Assembly (NCBI RefSeq): GCF_000142905.1
Contig: NW_013657642.1
Span: 131,851 to 195,850 of the forward strand
Length of the DNA: 64,000 nt
Direction of reading: 5' to 3'
DNA from: Thecamonas trahens ATCC 50062
Lineage: Eukaryota > Protista > Apusomonadida
Below the pieces are notes generated by a model that saw nothing but the letters and a program-made list of their open reading frames with translations, was not told where the DNA came from and made no database searches. Below, in pieces: positions 31,327-42,876 of this stretch (within the stretch, counting starts at the first letter, position 1; every line of letters starts with the position of its first letter). The translations under genes and the position numbers were made by a program.

Positions 31327-32784
31327 ATGCCTCCGCCGCCCTCTGCCCTCGCCCTCGCCCTCGCCCTTGCTCTCATGGCCGCCATCGCCTCGGCCGCTCC
31401 CACGCCTGCCGCTGTCGACGCCTTCAACGCGTGGTACGCAAGCCATGCGCTGACCACCCCGCCTGTGGCCGCGGCGCGTGGCGAGCCTCCAGCCGGCAAC
31501 TACGTCGTCGCCACCCGCAACATCGCAAAGGGCGACGTTCTGATCTCGCTCCCGCGCTCGCTCGCCATATGTGTGCCCACCATCACGGCATCGCCCCACG
31601 GCAAGGCTCTCGCTCCGCTCGTCGATGCCCACTCGGCCGTCGCCATGGCCCTCTTCCTCCTCCACGAAAAGGCATCCGGCCCGGCTTCGCCCTGGGCGCC
31701 CTGGATCGCTATCCTCCCGCGCTCCGTCGATGCACCACACGCGTGGTCTGCTGTCCAGAGAGCAGTCCTCGCTGGCGATCCTGTGGTGGCCAAAATCGAC
31801 TCGGCCCGCACCGCCCTCCTCGCAGAGTACAACAATCAGGTCAAGCCGTGGCTCGCCCGCCAGCGCTCCGGCCTCTGGGCCTCTGCCCCGCACGCTTTCT
31901 CGCTCAAACGCTTCATCTGGGCCCGCTTCATCCTCGACTCGCGCGCCTGGTTCCTCCAGGGCGTCCGCTACCTTGTGCCCATGGCTGACATGTTCAACTT
32001 TGCGCCATCGGACGTCCAGCTCTCGTCCGCCGCACGCTCCACAACCCGCGGCGCCACCTTTGCTGCATCGCATCGCGTCAGCACCAGCTCGGTTGAGGTC
32101 CTCGCCGAGGCCTCCGTGACGCGAGGCGCAGAGGTCACAGAGTCGTACGGCGACAACGATTCGAGCGTCTACTTCCGCTACCATGGCTTTGTCCCGCGGC
32201 TCAATCCGGACAACTGCGTCCCGCTCCGCCTCGGCCCCTTCTCGCCCTCCTCGCATCCGACCCTCTTCAACGTCCTCACCCCGCTCCTGCAGGCCCTCAA
32301 CATTCCGCGCAAGGACTCGTTCTGTGCCTATGATGCAGACTCGCCGCTGAGACAGATTCCCGCCTGGGCCCGCCTCCTCGCCCTCCTCGCCGCAGCCTCG
32401 CCCGCCGACGCAGCCGCCCTCGCCGCCCGCCACGCTGCCGCCCCGGACGCCACCCTCGCCGCTCTCCGCGACGCCGCAGCCTCGACGCCATCGGCATCCA
32501 TCGCCGCCGCCGCTGCCGCCGCTCTCGACGCGTACCCCACCTCGCTAGGTGATGACGAGGCCCGCCTTGCCACCCTCGACGCCATCCCGCCTGCGCAGCA
32601 GACCAAGACTCACGCCCGCGAAGCTATGGCCCTCCTGTTTATCACGCAGCGCAAGCGAATCCTCCACCAGCTTGTTGCCGCTGGGCCCGAGCCTGGCGTC
32701 GCTACACCCTCGCTCGCTGACATTGTCAACGCGCCACGCTCTGCTCGCAAACGCAAGCGCAAGCGCAAACGTGCCCGCAACTGA
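31327..32784 (+). CDS. SET-domain (Rubisco-LSMT/SETD3-like) methyltransferase with N-terminal signal-peptide-like segment and polybasic C-terminus
   Basis: VVATRNIAKGDVLISLP, LFLLHEK...SPWAPWIAILP, FIWARFILDSRA, LVPMADMFN, VTESYG...YHGF and the LSMT substrate domain YPTSLGDD. Confidence 0.88.
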   Translation: MPPPPSALALALALALMAAIASAAPTPAAVDAFNAWYASHALTTPPVAAARGEPPAGNYVVATRNIAKGDVLISLPRSLAICVPTITASPHGKALAPLVDAHSAVAMALFLLHEKASGPASPWAPWIAILPRSVDAPHAWSAVQRAVLAGDPVVAKIDSARTALLAEYNNQVKPWLARQRSGLWASAPHAFSLKRFIWARFILDSRAWFLQGVRYLVPMADMFNFAPSDVQLSSAARSTTRGATFAASHRVSTSSVEVLAEASVTRGAEVTESYGDNDSSVYFRYHGFVPRLNPDNCVPLRLGPFSPSSHPTLFNVLTPLLQALNIPRKDSFCAYDADSPLRQIPAWARLLALLAAASPADAAALAARHAAAPDATLAALRDAAASTPSASIAAAAAAALDAYPTSLGDDEARLATLDAIPPAQQTKTHAREAMALLFITQRKRILHQLVAAGPEPGVATPSLADIVNAPRSARKRKRKRKRARN

Positions 32785-32825
32785 GCGGATGTAACCAGGT
32801 CGCGTGCTTGCACGCTCGAGGGCAT

Positions 32826-35800
32826 TTACCTGCGTCCGGCCTCGGCCTCCTTCAACGCGTCGACAAGCACCCGGTTTCGCTCCACAACCTGGTCAATCTT
32901 GTCGAGCTGGACTTCCAGCAGACTCGCCGCCCCGTCGTCGGTCCGCACCACCGCCTCGGCCCATCGCTGGAGCTGGACCGATGCCCGAAGGGCAACCACG
33001 AGTGCGTGCTGCTCCTCGCCGACGGCGAGGCAGAGCCGTGCTCCGATCGCCGCCACCTGCGGCCCGTGCTCTTCAGCAGGGAGCAGCTCGCCCAGACTAC
33101 ACATCTGGGTGTACACCTCGGTCACCTTGTGGGTCTCCTCAGCCCAGCCGGCGGCGGCGAGGACCCGGTCGTCAAGCGTCGCTGCCGCGCGCCACACAGC
33201 TTCCATCCATGCCTCGCGCTCTTCAGGCGCCCGCGCCTCGAGTGCTGCTGCCGCTGCCTTCAAGCTGCTGGCATCGGCTGCCAGCGGCGCCTCAAACAGC
33301 GCGTTCGAGAACAGGCCGTGTGCAACCTTAAAGAACGCCAGCCGCCGCGACGCCACCTCGTCGCTGCCGGCCACACGCTCCAGCGCATCCATCCGCTGGC
33401 TAAACTCGGACTCGAGTGCGCCCATCACGTTGCTTGCCGCCACAAACACCATCAGCACGCGGGTGAGCTCACTCTCCTGCCCGCACAACAGCCCGCCCCA
33501 AACCTGGTACGCCTCGGCAACCGCACCGCTCAGCAGCGCCACATCCACCTCGGCATCCTTGAGCCCGTACTGGGCAGGCTTCCCGCGGACCGTCGACAGT
33601 GCCTCCACGAAAAACGACGAGTCGTCGGACACACCCGCCCCGTACTCGTCCGCCACGAGCAAGTCGAGCTCGTCGCGCCCACCGAGCACAAGCGACGCAT
33701 TCAGCGACTCGTCGCCTTCGCCGCCGGTCGAGCCCGTCTCGCCACCTGGCGAGCCACCGTCGTGGACACACAACACTGGAAGCCGTGACTTGAACACCCG
33801 CCGACCCTTATCTGGCTGAATCCGAGCCGCGTGCGCCAGCAGCACACGCCCCACCTCCTGTGCCCGCGGATAACGGAACGACAGCACCACCGGGAGCGCC
33901 GCAGCCTCCTCGCTGCCGCTCTCCGTCGAGCACAGTGTCCGCGCCTCGAGCACCACATCCATGATCCGCAGCGCCTCGTCGGTCATCGTGTGCGGAAGCG
34001 AGTGCACAAGTGGACTCAGCGCATTCCACCCGCTCTCGTTCACAACGTTCACGAGCGTCTCCATCCGGTCACTCGCCAGTAGCCGCCCCAGCAACGCCAG
34101 CAGCGGTGAGGTGTACTCGCGGACAGAATGTTGCGTCCAATGGCTCAGCAGCGCCAGTGCCCCGTTGAGCCCTGCTCGCACCGTGGGCACAACCAGCAGT
34201 GCATCCCACATGTGGTCCATAAACCCCTCGGCGCTCACAAACTCGCGCTCCACATACGCTTCGAGTACCTGCCCAAGCACATACCCACTCTCGCCGTGGA
34301 TCTCAGCCCACACCTCGCCCCACAGCTGTCCGAGCTCGCCCGCAACGCCCACCGCAGCCTCGGTCCGCCGCTCGTCCTCCGCCGATCGTGCTTCCTCGCC
34401 CTCAAACCCGCTCACAAGGAGCGGGAGCGCGCCGAGCGTAAGCGCAACCCCGGATTCGTCGCTCGGCCCCAGCAGGAATGGTGCCCCCAGCTCCATGCAC
34501 ACCCTCGCAAGCTTGCACCCTGTCGCCATCACACGCCGCGCTTCGAGCTCCACAACAGAGTCAATGCCGCGGAGTAGGAGCGGCACAATGCCCACAAACT
34601 CACCGTCGACCAACCCAAAACTGTCTGCGCCGCTCTCGTCACTGCCAAGTCCGTAGCCTGCTTCGCCGCGGCAAGTGACAGCCTCAGCCGCATTGCTGCT
34701 GCTCGACTCGCCAGACTCACTGCCATCGTCGACTTCAAGCCCCAGTCCAGACTCATCAAGTACCGACTCGTCAAAGATAGCAAAGCTTCCACCACCAAGC
34801 TTCGGTGGTAGGCCCTCGTTGCCACCCATACCATGCGCCTTGGCTTTGGCCTTGGCCTTAGCCCTGGCCTTCGCTTTCGCCTTTGCTCTGGCTTTTGCCT
34901 TGGCCTTCTTGCGCCGCATAAGCGGCCGCATGGCTGGAAGCCGGCCTGACGGCACAGCGTTGACCACGCCGCTCAGAACCTCCAGCGGTGCGTCAGCGGC
35001 AGCGCCCAAGAGCGCCACAGCCTCGACAAAAATCTCAGCCGACTCGACAAAGAGCAGCCCAAGCGCCATGCCCCACACCCCGGTCACCACATCAGACACC
35101 ACCGAGCCCGTGCCATCGCAGAGCGCAGAGTCGAGAACCACCCCCGCAGTGCGGATCGCCTCAATGACCACAGCCGTCTTGAGGCTCGCGCGCGACGCCA
35201 CGTGCTGGCCGGCAATCCGCGTTAGGTCGCCGACGTAGTCAAGTGAGACGGTTGGGCGAAGAGCGCGGAAGATCTGCAGTGAGCGCGCCGCAGCATGCAG
35301 CACCATGCACGAGCCAGCCCACTTGAGTGAGACCCGTGCCCACTTGGTCACCTCGCGTGGCGTGAGATTGAGGACGTGAACAAGCTGCTCCACGAGCATT
35401 GAAAGCTGCTGTGTCGATGCCAGGCTCCGGCGCGAGAGCGAGAGATCCTCGTACTCCCACAGTTGACTGCTGCCCGACGTCTGCACGTGCTCGATGATGT
35501 CGAGCGCAGTCTCGCGGCGAGCAACAGCCTCCTCGTCGTCATCGGCCTCGACCCATCTCAGGACGTTGACCACTTTTGAGTAGAGCAGGTTGCAGAGGAG
35601 CGAGCTTGCAGACTTGGACACGTTCTCCTCGGGATGATCGCCACAGATAAGGGTAGCGTGCAGAAGCAGCGCAACATGCCCGTCGAGCTGGTCCGGCACA
35701 AGCAGCGCGACCTCTTTGAGGAGCTGGAGCGAGAGTGTGGCCCGTGCCACTAGCTTCCCAATCTCTTCAGCATCGAGCTGGAGTTCGTCCATGTCGGGCG

Positions 35801-38800
35801 ACTCGATCACCCATCCGTCCTTGATCATGGCAACGAGGACGTCGACCACAATCGTAGGAGCAACAGCAACAGCCTGGGCCACAACAGCAAGTGCTACCGA
35901 AAAGAACGAGACGTCCATCTGCCGCGTCTCGTACAGCTCAAAAGAGCGCGGAGCACAAACTCGACGTTGACGCCCGAGCCAAGCAGGCCGGCCCAGAGCT
36001 TCATCGAGTCCATCGACGACGTCGCCAGCAGCGAAACATGCACAAGATGGTCAACAACAGCAGCAGCCGCCTCGGCGCTTCCGCCAAAGACCTCGGTCAG
36101 TGAAGCTCCGCCGAGCTCGAGCCAAGGCACAAGCACCTCGGCGAGGACAGCCTGCAGAGGCACGTCGCGCGACTTCATGCCCAGCGCCTCCATGGCATCC
36201 AGCATGCCGTGGATCATCCGCTGCGCAAGCGGGTTACCCAGTCGACAGGCAAACTGGGCCGAGAGCTGGACTGCAGCTTGAATGTGGGCAGTTGGGAGAA
36301 CAGTGAGGACGCCGACAATGTCGAGGCCCGAGTCCCGGAACAAGTCCTCGCCGTCGGCGAGAAGGCCATACAAATTCTTGAGAAAGGTGGCCGCGAGCTT
36401 GCGAACGTGCTTGACCGGCGCTACCGTCTTGACAAGTCCGAGCACTACAAGCGGTGCCGGATCGTGGGCGAGCGCAAAGGCCGAGCGCGCCTCGGGATCG
36501 GCAGCCGGAAACGCGTCCTGGAGCATGCCGGCGAGGCGGGCGAAGAAAGCGCTTGCCACGTCGTCAATGTGCGAGTACGCGGCCCGGACTGCCAGATGCC
36601 ACACGCGCAAATCGTCGGCGTTGGTCGTGAGGAGCAGCTCGAGGCCAAGCTCGCCGGCAGCATGGTATGCTGCGTACTCGGATGTCAGCCCCTCACAGAT
36701 CCACGAGACGACGCTGTCCTCAGGCAGGTCCAGCAGCGGGCCGCTGAGCATGAGCGCCTGGGTGTGCAGTGCAGCCTGTGAGAGCTCCTCCATAGCAGCG
36801 CCGACCCTCATCCGGGCCGCGGATCGGGCATCCTCCGACGCAAACCTCGCCGCGAGCGTGACCTTGACCGACGGCGACACCAGGGCCATGTACTCTTCAT
36901 ACTTGTCGCCAAAACCAACCCACTCGTGGGCAAGCTGAAAAACACGCGCGCGCTGGGTGGGGCCCCAGCCGATGCCGCCCTCAACAACACCCTCAACCTG
37001 AACGGCGCATCCTGCGAGCTTGCAGAACGCCAGGCGGAGCATGTGCAGCTCCCATGAGTACTCGAAGCGAAGGAGTGTGAGCAGCTCCAGCAGGAAGAGT
37101 GTGAACGACGAGAGACGACTTGCCGACGACTTGCCCCCGATCTGGCGTGGAGACGCCGGATGCGAGTTGTCAAGCTCATCAGCAAAGTTGGCCATGAGAT
37201 TGTCAAGCTCGGCATCAGCGCCAGCTGCGCCTGAAGCCACGAAAAAAGCCACGCCTTGGTTGGCGATGAGCCGGACATAGACTTGGGCCACCTTGGAGAG
37301 AAGCGCGAGCGGTGGCGCGTAGCACGCGTGCGTGGCGGTAAAGTTGAGTATGCCGGCAGGGAGCTCGGCAGAAGCTAGCGCGCTCTCGTCCGGCGCAACG
37401 TTGACCAGCTCGGACTTTGTGGTGAGAAGCGCGGCAAAGAGCGAGCGCCACGCATCCTCAAACTCGGCGAGAACAGAGAGAAGAACGTCGACCGAGGCCC
37501 GATGGATGGAGCCGAGTGAGACTGAGACCGCAAGGCGGACATGCGGCGAGCGCGCGGTGAGGAGCGGAGTGAGGGCGACAAGAAGCTCAACAACGTCCGA
37601 CGGCGGCTCGATGGCAAACGACGGCGCGGCCGAGAGGTCCGTAAACGGCGTGTCCTCCAGTGCAAGAAGCGGCTGTTCGGTGCCATGTGCCCAAACAAGC
37701 GGGACAGCGTGGCCCGCGGCAGAAGCAAACATGAGAAAGTTGCGGAAGAGGCCCACGATGGCGGCCGAGGCCGGAGTAGCACCCACGTCGGGAGACGACA
37801 AGTGTGCCACCACAAATGGAAGCCGTGATGCGATGGCAGCCCAGATGTCGTCGACGAGGCCCGGAACAAGCTCGACGGCAGTTGACGCCAACTGGCCAAG
37901 GAGCAGCGTCCACTGCGCCTGGGCACGAGAGTCGCGAGCCTCGATAAGATGGGAAAATGTGGTGGCAGGTGCGGCAGATCGAAGCGAGGCGCCCTCGGTG
38001 TTGCGCTTGAGCGAGGCGTCGGCCTCGGACGCAAGCGTGGTGTGGATAGCAGGTGCCGGCCCTGCGCCATGAAGCACAAAGTGCGAGAGGCCAAGCGCAG
38101 ACGGCGGTGGCTCGGTCGGCATCCAAAAGCCCGAGTTGAGCTGGCCATCGACAGATCGTGACGAGAGGGCAACCGAAGGGCGAGAGAGTGGTACAGCAGC
38201 TGGCGCAGCAGCTGGCGCCGCCGGTGTAGCGCGAGCGACTAGGACCGAGTCGAGCTCATCGATGACGTCCATAAAGGCCATCTTCATCGACGCGGCGCCA
38301 AAGAGATTACCAGCGGGTCCGTCGTCATCAGAGAGCAGATTGTCAAACGAGGCAAAGAGCGCGTTGTGAAGCTCGCGAAGGGCATGAAGCATGTCGAGGC
38401 CGGCAACCCGGTTCGAGGCAATGGGTGAGCAGAGGAGGAGAACACCGAGCGCTTCCGGCGTGTGAAAGTCCATGCGGGCATGAGCGCGGGCAGCCTCGAA
38501 CGAGTCGTCGGACGAGTGCCCACCCGAGTTAGGACAGTCAAACGACCAGGTTGCCTCCTCGGCGAGGCCACGAAGCCATGCGGCAACGGAAGCGCCGAGC
38601 GCCTGGATCGGAGACGCCGGAGGAAGCGGGCGGTCGAGAACCAAGCTGGCGTCTGCAGCGGCAACAAGAGCGGCAAAAATCGGCGGTCGTAGCGAGGGCT
38701 GAGCCTCGGTTAGTGAGGCAATCATGTCGCAGGCGGCGACCGCGACGGCAGAGGTCGGTGCGTCGAGGAGTGAGATGACAAAGGCTGGAAGCTGTGGCAC

Positions 38801-40542
38801 CGAAGCAATCAACTCCGGGCAGTGCGTAAGAAGCGGCGGAAGCGCGTCGAGGAGAGCAAGAAGGTATGCCGGCGACGAGGTCGAGGCTGAGGCCGAGTCG
38901 AGAGCGGCAGCAAAAGTCGAGGGCAGCCAGCCAAGCGCGTCGGCGTCTTGGGCGCGGACGAGCGAAGGGTAGGTAGGGAACCGCGTCGTGGCTGCGAGCG
39001 TGCCAACGCCGGTCACAGCCTCGGTGGCCGATGCTGATGCGGCACGGTCGGACGGGTACCGGAGCCCGAGGTTGGGTGACTTTGGAGCGAGTAGAGCTCG
39101 AAGGGTGAGAAGACCAACAAGAGCATGCTGCGGCGAGGCCGACGGCGCAAGAAGCGTCTCGCCAAGCACGGAGCCAAGGAGCCAGTCACGGCGCGCGTGG
39201 GCGAGAATGACCAGCAGAGTGACCGCGTCGGATGATGGGAGCCCGTGAGACGCGTCGTCGACAACAAGATGGACGCGGTCGTCGAGAAGAGCTTCCAGGA
39301 GGGCATCGAGCGCTGTGCTGAGCTCACTCTCGGGCACGAGGGGGCCATGCGGTGAACAAGGACCCAGGCAAGCTGGGCGAGGCCGAGAAGGGCGGACGCG
39401 GCAGAGGTCCGCTGACGAGCAGCGGCAGCAAGGGCAGCAATGAGCAGCGTCACCTTGTCCATGAAGAGCTGCGGTGACGAGACGGCAAGAACCTGGACTG
39501 AGGCCGCGAGGGCGCGAGAAGCAAGGACTCCAGCAGGAGTGCCGGGTACGGCCGGAGCGGCAGCGAGGGATGCCAGGACCGGAAAGAAGGCAATGGTGAC
39601 CTCGTCAAGACCGCTCGAGTCGTCGCGCAAGGCCGCGCCACGGTCGATGCATGCCGGAAGCGGGGAGACGAGGTCAACAAGGGCAAGGCAGGTGGCAGAG
39701 GCGAGCGAGGTGTCGTCCGAGGCTAGGGCAGCCGAGGCAAAGTCAAGAAGAAAGGCACGCGTCCGCTGGAGAGCGGCAGCGGTGGAGACGTCGAGACGTA
39801 TGAAGCGGATGCCTGCAATGAGGGCCGGGGATGGCCCCGGAATGGACGCAACCTTGGTCATGATTTCAGACTCGCGCCAGGCCGAGAGCTTGCCGATGAG
39901 ACGGGCAAACAGAACAGCGAGCTGGGCCTCCTCAACCTCGGCGGTGACGACGGGCGGGGTGTCAAAGAAGACGCCACAAAAGTGCAGCTCGGAGAGAAGA
40001 AGATCGACGAGGCGGGAGACGTTGTCGATGGGATGGGCCACAATGTGGTCAGTCAGCTCCACGTCCGAGTCGTTGTCCAGCAGCGCGGTATCGAGGTCCA
40101 TGGCGTCGAGGACCATGAGGAGAGCGCGGGCAAAGATAAAGTCGACAGCCAGAGCACGGCGACGCGGAAGGACATCGGGATCCGGGCCGGCGAGCGCAGA
40201 AGTCCGCCACTGAAGGAGGAGGGCAAGAATGTGATTGAAGCCGTGTCGAGCCACGACAGTGATGGCGGCGAGCACGTGCTCAACCTCGGGATCTGCGCCC
40301 TTGCCCAGCACATGCGCCGCTGGAAGATCGACAATGCTCCTGCAGAGCTCATCGATGCGAGAGGCAGCAACAGCCTGGAACTGATGGACGGCGGCGAGGA
40401 CAACACTGTCGGCAAAGGCTGCCACGCCTGCGGCCCGAGCCGGGGTCACTACGCCTTCGCCCGCACCCGCCTGTCCTGGAGTGCTTGGCGGTGTGCACGG
40501 TTCGCGCGGTTGCGGAGGCGGGGGAGTGTTCTCGGTCTCCAT
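32826..40542 (-). CDS. FRY: Furry/Tao3/Mor2 cell morphogenesis scaffold; a single gene split by two apparent single-base deletions (~39340-39344, ~35940-35943)
   Basis: LLLQWR, ALAVDFIFARALL, IAGIRFIRL, EALGVLLLCSP, LFRNFLMFA, ALLLHA, WEYED and WARVSLKWAGSC...AARSLQIFRAL. The three ORFs join when one base is added in a C5 run and one in a T4 run. Confidence 0.85.
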
Positions 40543-40959
40543 GAGAAAGTGAGGGGGATAGGAGAGGGTGTGGGAGGGCGGAGGTGGAGGGGTTGGAGGG
40601 AGTGGAGGGGGTGGAAGGAGTGGAGGGGTGGAAGGGGTGGGAGTGGGCTGACTGGCGCCAAATGCGTTTTAGGCGCGAAGGAGTCGGTCATTTTGGGGGG
40701 AATGGGAGGGGCGTGGGGGGGGGAGAGGGGGGGAGGGGGGGGGGGGAGGGGGCGGAGAAAATTTGATACCAGGTCCCCAGTTGGACATGGTTGGGGTGCC
40801 TGACCCACGCAAGGAGCGGTGGTGGGGGAGTGGAAGCTACCGCCACCGTCACCGTCACCGCCGACACAGCGACACGCTTGTCTTTGAACCAGGCGTACAC
40901 TTGCGATCTAGGTAGTTGCAAGAGGAAGGCGGCAGCGTAGTAACAAAGTAGAAACAGAC

Positions 40960-42837
40960 ATGTCGTCGTCGTCGTCGTCGTCGTCGTCATCGTCGAAGGC
41001 AGCGGCAGCAGCAGCGGCAGCGGCGGAAGCAGAGGCGTCAAAGACGGCAGAGTCCATGAGCTCGGCATCGGCAGGCTCCAAGTCTACATCGTACACGCTG
41101 GACGAGGCGACGTCGACGGATTCGGCGGAGGATTCGGCGGCGGCAGCGGCGGCTGAGGCCAAGGCCGCGGCGGCGGCGAAGCAGGTGCAGCGGCAGCGCG
41201 AACAGGCTGCGGTCCGGGCAGCGCTGACCTCGATCTACACGTACCCGCCACGGCCGGGAACCAAGTATCGTGAGCGGCGCAAGTGGATTGAGGCCAACCG
41301 CGAGGTTGTGGTGACCAATGCCGAGACCGACAAGGAGAAGGAACTGCCGCCTGGTACCACAGGCGGCGTCGCTGGCGCCGCGACCGCGGATGAGGTGGCG
41401 GCAAGCACCTGCTCAGCGTCCGAGTCGGAGGCATATGCCGACTCGAACGACGAGAGCAACGGATATGGCGAGTATGATGGCTATTATGACTATGACAGCT
41501 ATGACGGCTACTACGACGACTACGATTACTCGGACCTGGGCTATGCGTACAGCGACGACGATGTGGAGGCTGCAATGGCGAGTCCGGGCCCGCAGGGTAA
41601 GGGAAAGGCCTCAAAGAGACACAATCATCAGCGCTATGGCCGAGGCGGACGGCGGCATCGGCGTCATGGGCGCCACCGGCGCCACGGGCGACATCGGCAC
41701 CATCGGCGCCACGGGCGACACGGGCGCCATCGGCATCGGCATGGCGGCCGACACTACCACCATCGCCCTGTGCATCATCGCCACAAGCGGCACCGGCGCG
41801 AGTACAAGAAACGGACGCGGTACACTCGAGCGGACGGAAAGAACCCGAACAAGCTGCCGCGCGACTTGTTCACTCGCCCGCGGTCGGCGTGGTCGGTGAA
41901 CGACAAATCGTTCTACCGACGCGTCTACCTGGTTGTGGTCATGCAGCTTGCAGTGGTAGCAGTCATGGGTTCGATATTCTTCCACTCGCCGGGTGTGCAC
42001 GAGTGGATCCAGGAGCGGTGGTGGCTGCTGTACGTGAACCTCGCGCTCTCGATCGGGGTGCTCCTGATGTGGTTCTGCTGCTTTGCCTATACACCTGTCA
42101 TCTCGCACCTGCTCTTCTCGCTCTTCACGATACTAGACGCGGCACTCATCGGGTTCATTGCAGCGTTCTACGACTCGTCGCTGGTGCTGCAGGGCGTGCT
42201 GGTGACCGGCATTGTGTTTGTAGTCCTCACGCTGGTCACCTTCAACACACGGTACGACTTTTCGCAGTGGGGCTCGATGCTCTCGGCCATGCTCATCATC
42301 CTCATTTTCGGCTCGATTGTGCGCATGTTCTTCCCAGGCAACTCGCTGCTTGGGTTTGTGCTCACCATGCTCGGCGTGTTTGTCTTTTGCGGCTACATCA
42401 TGTACGACACATGGAAGCTGCGGTTCTTCTACACACCGGACGAGTATCTGTTTGCCGCAATGGACCTGTATCTCGACATCACCCGGCTGTTTGTGTACAT
42501 CATGGAGCTGTGTGGCGAAATGACGTTCCCGTCGACTACAAACGTCAACATCTCGCGCCAGTACCGCGGTCTCAACGGCATCGGAACCGACGGCTGCTGC
42601 TGCTGCGGCAATGCGGCGTGTGACGAGGGCTGCGGACCGGTAGTCATCGACCGGCTCTCCATCATCTGCAACTGCTGCGAGTGTTCGTACTTGGCCTGCT
42701 GCACCGATGTCTGCTCCGACCCGTCCGGCTCGCTCCAGCCGCTCTGCGACTGCCTCGACTGCTTCGTCCAGGTCTTTGCCTACCTCATCATGCACTGCTG
42801 CGAGCTCGGCTGCCTCGTTGTCGAGGCCTTTGCGTAG
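40960..42837 (+). CDS. TMBIM/Bax inhibitor-1 (lifeguard-like) membrane protein with long N-terminal extension and Cys-rich tail
   Basis: FYRRVYLVVVMQL, LFSLFTI, YDFSQWG, YIMYDT and YTPDEYLFAAMDLYLDI. Confidence 0.9.
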   Translation: MSSSSSSSSSSSKAAAAAAAAAEAEASKTAESMSSASAGSKSTSYTLDEATSTDSAEDSAAAAAAEAKAAAAAKQVQRQREQAAVRAALTSIYTYPPRPGTKYRERRKWIEANREVVVTNAETDKEKELPPGTTGGVAGAATADEVAASTCSASESEAYADSNDESNGYGEYDGYYDYDSYDGYYDDYDYSDLGYAYSDDDVEAAMASPGPQGKGKASKRHNHQRYGRGGRRHRRHGRHRRHGRHRHHRRHGRHGRHRHRHGGRHYHHRPVHHRHKRHRREYKKRTRYTRADGKNPNKLPRDLFTRPRSAWSVNDKSFYRRVYLVVVMQLAVVAVMGSIFFHSPGVHEWIQERWWLLYVNLALSIGVLLMWFCCFAYTPVISHLLFSLFTILDAALIGFIAAFYDSSLVLQGVLVTGIVFVVLTLVTFNTRYDFSQWGSMLSAMLIILIFGSIVRMFFPGNSLLGFVLTMLGVFVFCGYIMYDTWKLRFFYTPDEYLFAAMDLYLDITRLFVYIMELCGEMTFPSTTNVNISRQYRGLNGIGTDGCCCCGNAACDEGCGPVVIDRLSIICNCCECSYLACCTDVCSDPSGSLQPLCDCLDCFVQVFAYLIMHCCELGCLVVEAFA

Positions 42838-42876
42838 CCAGGTAAATGGTCCGAGGGAGAGCACACGCGACGACGG

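Noticed and set aside
32826-40542. Three separate genes or a pseudogene
   Set aside because: The three ORFs are collinear parts of Furry/Tao3, joined by single-base homopolymer corrections, with no in-frame stops or other decay.
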